From Paramoeba atlantica (Eukaryota > Protista > Discosea): a stretch of DNA of 64,000 nt. The translations under genes were made by a program, and so were the position numbers. Shown one piece after another: positions 58,355 through 64,000 of the stretch; positions within the stretch are counted from its first letter, which is position 1; every line of letters begins with the position of its first letter. The notes beneath the pieces were generated by a model. It saw only the letters and a program-made list of their open reading frames with translations. It ran no database searches and was not told where the DNA came from. Where the stretch lies: NCBI GenBank assembly GCA_977017575.1, contig CDRNVI010000009.1, forward strand, positions 124,001-188,000. Reading direction: 5' to 3'.

Positions 58355-58660
58355 GGCGTAAGTGGAGGAAGGGAAGGACGTGTGGTGAGGGGCAGGAAGT
58401 GGGGGAAGGAAGGAAGTAGGGTGAAAGCTTTTTGGGTGAAGGATTGTGTGGAGAGTAGGAAAGTTGGAAAAGTAGATAAAAACATTAGACTCAATACTAA
58501 AAAAAAATAAAAAAAACAATGGTTGGTTCAGGGGAAAAGAATGTGAAATGGTATTGTGAATAGCAAACGAGTTGGAGGTACGAAAAAAAATAAAACAAAT
58601 TGTTTGGTTCACGGGGTCAACAGGATAAAAAGGGGAAAGGGGAGCATGCTTTCGCTTTAG

Positions 58661-58686
58661 ACGTATAAAGATTCAGTTTCTGTATT
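58661..58686 (+). other. Degenerate SL-like sequence
   Basis: ATAAAGATTCAGTTTCTGTA matches the 54503-54532 copy at 19 of 20 positions. Confidence 0.5.
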
Positions 58687-58774
58687 TCACAGCGCCCTAC
58701 TCGCTTCGCAGAAAATGAGTGTGTATTTTGTGTCAGAACCTGGCAACAATTTACATGATTCTTGACTACGGAAG

Positions 58775-59020
58775 AAAGTACTCATCCAAAGTACCATTCG
58801 CAGAGGTCGTTTCAATGAGTTTCTCATCCAAAGTACCATGTGGAGAGGTCGTTTCGATGAGTGCTCATCCAAACTGCCATTACAACGCGATCTATGATTT
58901 GGATGAGTACTTCCATTTTCGTCAGAGGGCGGTGATAGTAGTTTGGATGAGTACTCATCGAAACTACCACAACCCCCTAGGAGGCAATGGTAGTTTGGAT
59001 GAGTACTCATCGGAGCTACC
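58775..59020. repeat. Array of 6 palindromic units (core GATGAGTACTCATC) with variable short spacers
   Basis: Best unit GTAGTTTGGATGAGTACTCATCGAAACTAC at 58938-58967 is a 30-bp palindrome with one mismatched pair. Confidence 0.85.
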
Positions 59021-59184
59021 ACAATCCCGATAGGCCTATCAAGGCAACAAAAAGGGGTATCTTGTGTATTAAAAAAAGCTGTGGAAGCCTTCTACTAAAG
59101 AAGGCTAGTAGTAGCCGCAAACCTCTATATTATTGGAAAAAGGTAAATAGCTTAATAATTAAGGGGTAAAGCACGTAAAAACAG

Positions 59185-60273
59185 TTAAAATTTGAATACG
59201 TCCCATTGATCATCGAATGACTGCCACCAAGGGTTCCCTGATTTAGAGCCGGATGGAGAATTTTCCTCCTTATCAGCGTCGATTAGGGTTTCGGGAACAG
59301 AACCGTTGTATACGTACCACACATCAGAAGACGTGTCCCACTTGGCAAACCGTGTTGGAAGCTTGCTGAGGTATAAGTTCTTACGTGGGGGATCGTACAC
59401 ACAAATCTTATCAAGGTGATTGGGCGCTTTGCTCGTATCCAGATAAACTAAAACTTCGTTGGTGAACAGCGAAAGGAAATATATTGAGTGGGGTAGCTGA
59501 GAAATATCAACCACCCCCTCAAACTTATTTCGTGCTAGCGCCAGCTGTGTGAGATCGGGAGGCACATGTGAGAAATCAAGTACCCCTGTAAATGAGTTAT
59601 TGTGCAAAGACAAAGTATGTAGACCACGAGGCAGAACACTCAAATCAAGATACCCTTCCAATCGATTGTGGTCTAGAAAAAGTTTGCTTATTGTAGGTGG
59701 CAAAAAGCCGAAAAGCACACTTCCCGAAAAATCATTCGAGTCAATTAATAGGTCTCGTATTGTAGGGGGCAAGGAGGTGAGGTCCACTTTCCCCGTACAG
59801 CAATTTGATCTTGCCCAAAAAAAGTGCAACGTGCGTGGAAGTTCACTAAACGCGATTTCACCATTCAGTTTATTGCTATCTAGATAGCAATCTCGAAGTT
59901 TCTCCGCTGAGTGTCCAATATTGATTGGACCTGTCAAATGATTTCGTTCCACACGTAGGTCTTTCAATGTGTTTGGAATAAAGGCGAAGTTGAGGCTGCC
60001 TCGAAGGCCCAAAGCCGACCAGTAGATTGAGTGAATCTCACTGTTTTTAGATAACTGAACGCCACCCCAGTCTTCAGCAGTATTTTCTACGGTCCACGAG
60101 GGATGTGGATTGGAGATGTTCGCCACAAACTGAGCCAAGTGATATTCGGGCGCCAGGATTGATTTATGTACTTTGGACGGCCTTGCATGAGAGGCGTCAT
60201 AATTAAATACAGCCGAAAGCATATCAACGGATTGTGTAACTATAGAAGAAAAAACTCGCCAATGTGACTTCAA
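59185..60273 (-). CDS. Leucine-rich repeat protein, 362 aa
   Basis: PSWTVENTAEDWGGV cap plus about 8 LRRs; distinct C-terminal tail. Confidence 0.9.
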   Translation of the reverse strand: MKSHWRVFSSIVTQSVDMLSAVFNYDASHARPSKVHKSILAPEYHLAQFVANISNPHPSWTVENTAEDWGGVQLSKNSEIHSIYWSALGLRGSLNFAFIPNTLKDLRVERNHLTGPINIGHSAEKLRDCYLDSNKLNGEIAFSELPRTLHFFWARSNCCTGKVDLTSLPPTIRDLLIDSNDFSGSVLFGFLPPTISKLFLDHNRLEGYLDLSVLPRGLHTLSLHNNSFTGVLDFSHVPPDLTQLALARNKFEGVVDISQLPHSIYFLSLFTNEVLVYLDTSKAPNHLDKICVYDPPRKNLYLSKLPTRFAKWDTSSDVWYVYNGSVPETLIDADKEENSPSGSKSGNPWWQSFDDQWDVFKF

Positions 60274-60405
60274 TGTTTGTCATTCGTTTATTCGCTAGTG
60301 CGTAGGTAAAAGGCTTAGACAATTTTAATAGATACACAGCAATTTTTATCCTAGTATGCAGTATATTTTATGTGGAGTTAAATGAGGGTTGTAGGGGGAA
60401 CTTTG

Positions 60406-60723
60406 CCCCTAAATGACATTTTTACCCCTTAATGACATTTTTACCCCTTAATGACATTTCTATTCCAAGATTAAATTTTTATCCCAAAAGCGACCCCCGC
60501 TAAATAGGGGGGAAGGTGGTAGTTGTGGGGTATGGAGGCCTTCACGCAACTCCGGGGCCTTACCGGGAACAGAAATGGGACACCATGGTTCCAGTATTTA
60601 TAGTCCGTCACTACTTTTTTGTAAAGCACTCCTTAAGTGATGAAAAAGTCATTAAGGGGTAAAAATGTCATTAAGGGGTAAAAATGTCATTAAGGGGTAA
60701 AAATGTCATTAAGGGGTAAAAAT
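60406..60723. repeat. Inverted 20-bp tandem arrays flanking a dispersed ~90-bp core
   Basis: (AATGACATTTTTACCCCTT)x~2.5 at 60406-60460 versus (AAAAATGTCATTAAGGGGTA)x~4 at 60648-60723; core 60488-60572 is an inverted homolog of ~35716-35806. Confidence 0.8.
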
Positions 60724-61698
60724 CGCCGGGTTGTAGAGTTAAATAAGGGGCTGCGGGTATGATTTCGCGTGATCTCGTTTTGAGGTCGTCCAACCACCCT
60801 CCCGAGCCAAATCCGCTCTCGAGTGATCTGACGTGGTCTCGCATGATCTCGCGTGATCTTGCATGATCTCCTGTGATCTTGCATGATCTCGTCTTGGGCC
60901 TCACCCGCAGCCCCTCGAATATGTATTTCGGAGTAAAATCTGTCCAGGGGCGTTGGACGTGTAAACTCATCTGAACGATCGCGAGCTCTCTACCCCTTAC
61001 GTTCTGTGGGTTTTCTTTCATGTCTACGAACATAGCTGTATTTTCAAATACATCCGGAGCCTAGATCGGGTGACGACACGAGTTTCGGAAAAATTCCTAA
61101 CTACTGAATACTGTATATTGGAAAAGAACTACCGACGGTGGCGCGTTTTGTACCGCGCCTCGTGTCTCGACCCAATAAAGTTCCATCAGCTTCTGTGCTG
61201 AATCGCAATAAAACTTTGAAAGAGCCTGGTTCTATTCAACATATCATAGAAACTGCAAGTACCTTCTTGGAAAATGCTTCAAACGGAAGTTAATGGCAAC
61301 TTCGGTGACCTGTGCCTCAGCACAGTTGAAGGACGAAATTCTTTTAAAGAATTTGGACCGTTCCCATACCACACGATTAAAACTTTCTTTTTCCTTCTGA
61401 GAAGCCATAAAACGTAACAAATACCAAAAAAGGTAAAATCCACCCCAGTGGAACCATTACCCGAAATGATGTGGTGTTACCTGAGCGGTGGAGGAGGGAA
61501 AGAAGGTCACAGAAATGTAGCTGAAGGTCGTGTTTGTAAGATAAGAAAGAGGGTGACTTTTCTTAACTTACAGATAGTCCAAACAGAAAAAACAACTACC
61601 GCGTTTAACGAAGCGAATAAAAAAATTAGTGACCAACCGCCGCATTAATAAAAATGAGCATCGCAATAAAAAACAACTGAATAATTCTATGAAAAACA

Positions 61699-62526
61699 TC
61701 ACCCCATTAAAAACAATTGCGGACTCATAGGTGTATCGAAGAGAACGTTTTCCGGGAGCGCGTGAACTGAAGGCGGCATCAGATACGATTGAAACATATT
61801 ATCGTACAACGAGATCTCCAATGGAGCATCTCCTTTCCATTTGTCACCTAGAATGGGTACTAAATCAATAATCCCTTCAAAACGGTTATTGTGTAAGTCC
61901 AAATGAGTCAGGGATGCAGGTAACCCTTCGAGGCATACAGGCCCATGTAACAGATTGTTATTCAAGTTCAGTTGCTGTAGCACAGGAGGTAAGCCCGACA
62001 AACATATGCATCCTTCAAAATTATTGCGTTCTGCAATGAAAACTTCAAGTTTTGGTGGCAGAGCACTTAACAAAATCTCTCCAGATAACTTGTTCCTGCG
62101 AATATTGAGAAAAGTTAAATATACAGGGAGCTCATTGAGTGCGATGTTGCCGCTTAGGTAACTGCGGTGTTTCGCTACCTCACATTTCTCCAAGGTGGGA
62201 GGCAAATAACGCCAACATAAACTTCCTTTCAAAACAATTTCCTTGGCTTTACCAAACCAACGAATGCCCATAACATTTCTTTGCGCATCACAAACGACAC
62301 CTTTCCATGTACAGGGTGAAACTTCACGAACTTGACCAAAGAAATTACGTTTACTTCGTACCCACGAGGACGGATGATGCGTGAGATTACTGACCAGCTT
62401 AGACATAAGCTCTTCTTGGGGAGCCAATAGTGCAGACACTTTTCCCCGACGATTGGACGAGGGTTGTGTGTCGGCGTTCGACACACGACGCATTGAGACG
62501 AAGTTGGCCAAAGCAACCGCAGTCAT
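61699..62526 (-). CDS. Leucine-rich repeat protein, 275 aa
   Basis: SPCTWKGVVCD cap, LKGSLCWRYLP, LRRs of family consensus. Confidence 0.88.
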   Translation of the reverse strand: MTAVALANFVSMRRVSNADTQPSSNRRGKVSALLAPQEELMSKLVSNLTHHPSSWVRSKRNFFGQVREVSPCTWKGVVCDAQRNVMGIRWFGKAKEIVLKGSLCWRYLPPTLEKCEVAKHRSYLSGNIALNELPVYLTFLNIRRNKLSGEILLSALPPKLEVFIAERNNFEGCICLSGLPPVLQQLNLNNNLLHGPVCLEGLPASLTHLDLHNNRFEGIIDLVPILGDKWKGDAPLEISLYDNMFQSYLMPPSVHALPENVLFDTPMSPQLFLMG

Positions 62527-63500
62527 GGTGTGTAAACTGCGAGGTCCGAAATAAAATATTTGAATCGGTTTATGTTTGAAGCAAAAGCTCCCCGAAAAGT
62601 AGTCTGCCGTATAATACTGTACCTCCCCTAGTTATCTGTCGCACCCCCACCCCCCCTAGTTATTTGTCGCTTTTCGGCCCTTCGAATTTTTTTTTCCTTC
62701 GAACACCCCCCTAGTGATCTATCGCCTTTCTAAACAAAAATAAAAATTTATAAAATTAGAAGCGAAACTTCAATTCTTTTTTTCTGTTCTGCTTTCAGGA
62801 TAATGGTTTTGCGTGGCGTTCTACGGTCATAATTGGAAAACAGGAGTCGGAGCTCGTTATCCCCTCCATCATCCCCTTCATCATCCCCATCATCGTCCGC
62901 TTCGGTATCTCTTCCATCATCCCCTTCATCATCCCCGCCCTTATCCCCTTCACTGCCGTCTTCGCCATCCCCTTTCTCTCAGAAGTCTCAGCCGTCTTCC
63001 CTTTCTCAGCGACCTATCGGCCCGCTTTCCTCTTGGATTAAAGCAAGGCCGCCTGCTCCACGAGTGGGCCCTCTTATTACTCCACTGCACGAGAAATCTT
63101 CCGATGTTCCCACTGTGCTAGTTAAAACTTCTAAAGAACTAACTGCACAGAATACATTGTATATGTCAGAGTACCCTGAAGACGAAGGAGCTTAGCGAAT
63201 CCTTTTCGGTAACATTACGTACAATGCAACGCATCAAGGAAAAGGGTGCAACACATTGTCAGGCCACGATAACGAAAGCAGGAGGAAAAAGTAAGCGGCT
63301 GCGGAAATTTAATCACGACAGAGAAGACACCACCTTCTCTTGCCCCGCAACTATAAGAGCAGTCTCCGAAAGCAGATGAATGGGCACGTCTGCGACGAAA
63401 AGGTGCGCTGATTCCCTCCACCAAGCTTGACTTTCTTTGCGATAGACTTTTTCTTGTTTATAAAGAGAAATTTCCTTCTGAAGATGTAATTTTCTGGAAC

Positions 63501-63922
63501 GTGCAGAATATGCTTCTTATTATGGGACGAGCCAAATTTTCATCTCAAGCCTCACATAGCACCCGCATATTTGCATGTTTGTACTATGCATATCACTACG
63601 TTCTAGTTCATGTGCGGGGTCATATTATAGCGATTTATGACAGTTTCAATGGGTACGCGTCTCAAATTTTCAATGATAATATAAAGAAATTTAAAGATCG
63701 TGTATGTGAACATTTGAAAACGGACTCTTCACCGTATTATAGTGCCATATTATAATAGTGCCAATGTGTTGTCCGCAGCAAGGTTCTGGTGAAAACAGTT
63801 GTGCAATTCACGTGATAAATAATATGTATTGCACCTTATTTGAAATCCGTGATATTGACATTATTTCCCGTCGTGACATTTTTGAAAATTGGAGTCCGAT
63901 AGCTCCCGATGTTTTACTTTAA
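63501..63922 (+). pseudogene. Ulp1/C48-like cysteine protease fragment, probably transposon-borne
   Basis: HYVLVHVRGHIIAIYDSF (His, Asp) then, after a frameshifting ~13-16 bp duplication at 63735-63763, CPQQGSGENSCAIHV (Gln, Cys). Confidence 0.55.
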
Positions 63923-64000
63923 CCCATGGATGTAACATAATTAATATTTTAACTCTATAAAATGTGTGAATTACTCGCTGGGCTTCTTTTAACCCGTAGG

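Noticed and set aside
58775-59020. CRISPR array
   Set aside because: Eukaryotic context, no cas genes, spacers only ~5-21 nt and partly conserved, repeat polarity flips.
63136-63170. AACTAAC resembling the SL 5' end
   Set aside because: The following bases do not match the SL core.
1-64000. rRNA, tRNA or telomeric repeats
   Set aside because: None recognised.

Overview
Eukaryotic (not prokaryotic) DNA, most likely from a kinetoplastid of the Perkinsela/prokinetoplastid type. This is inferred from intronless host genes all on the minus strand (polycistron-like), kinetoplastid spliced-leader (SL) core sequences, KAP-like HMG proteins, and VIPER-, CRE- and Merlin-type elements. Host genes are sparse: 8 paralogous leucine-rich-repeat (LRR) genes (one frameshifted), 3 tandem-HMG KAP-like genes, an NMN adenylyltransferase and a degenerate RlmD/Trm2-like protein. 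Most of the remaining DNA is transposon-derived: Tc1/mariner (one intact, several broken, MITEs), Merlin/IS1595 (one intact with TSD), pogo, hAT-like, a VIPER-like tyrosine-recombinase retroelement, gag-only ORFs, Pif1-helicase and Ulp1-protease fragments, and a CRE-like RLE non-LTR retrotransposon. The most striking feature is at 50.1-54.5 kb. This full-length CRE-like element has an ORF that begins with an Ataxin-2/PBP1 LsmAD-like domain, a 5' end carrying an SL-derived sequence, and a highly structured 3' UTR. It is the innermost layer of a four-level nest (Merlin > Tc1 derivative > hAT-like element with 6-bp TSD > CRE-like), and the outer junctions were verified by hand because removing each insert restores the host reading frame. 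All family assignments come from motif recognition by eye; no database searches were run.
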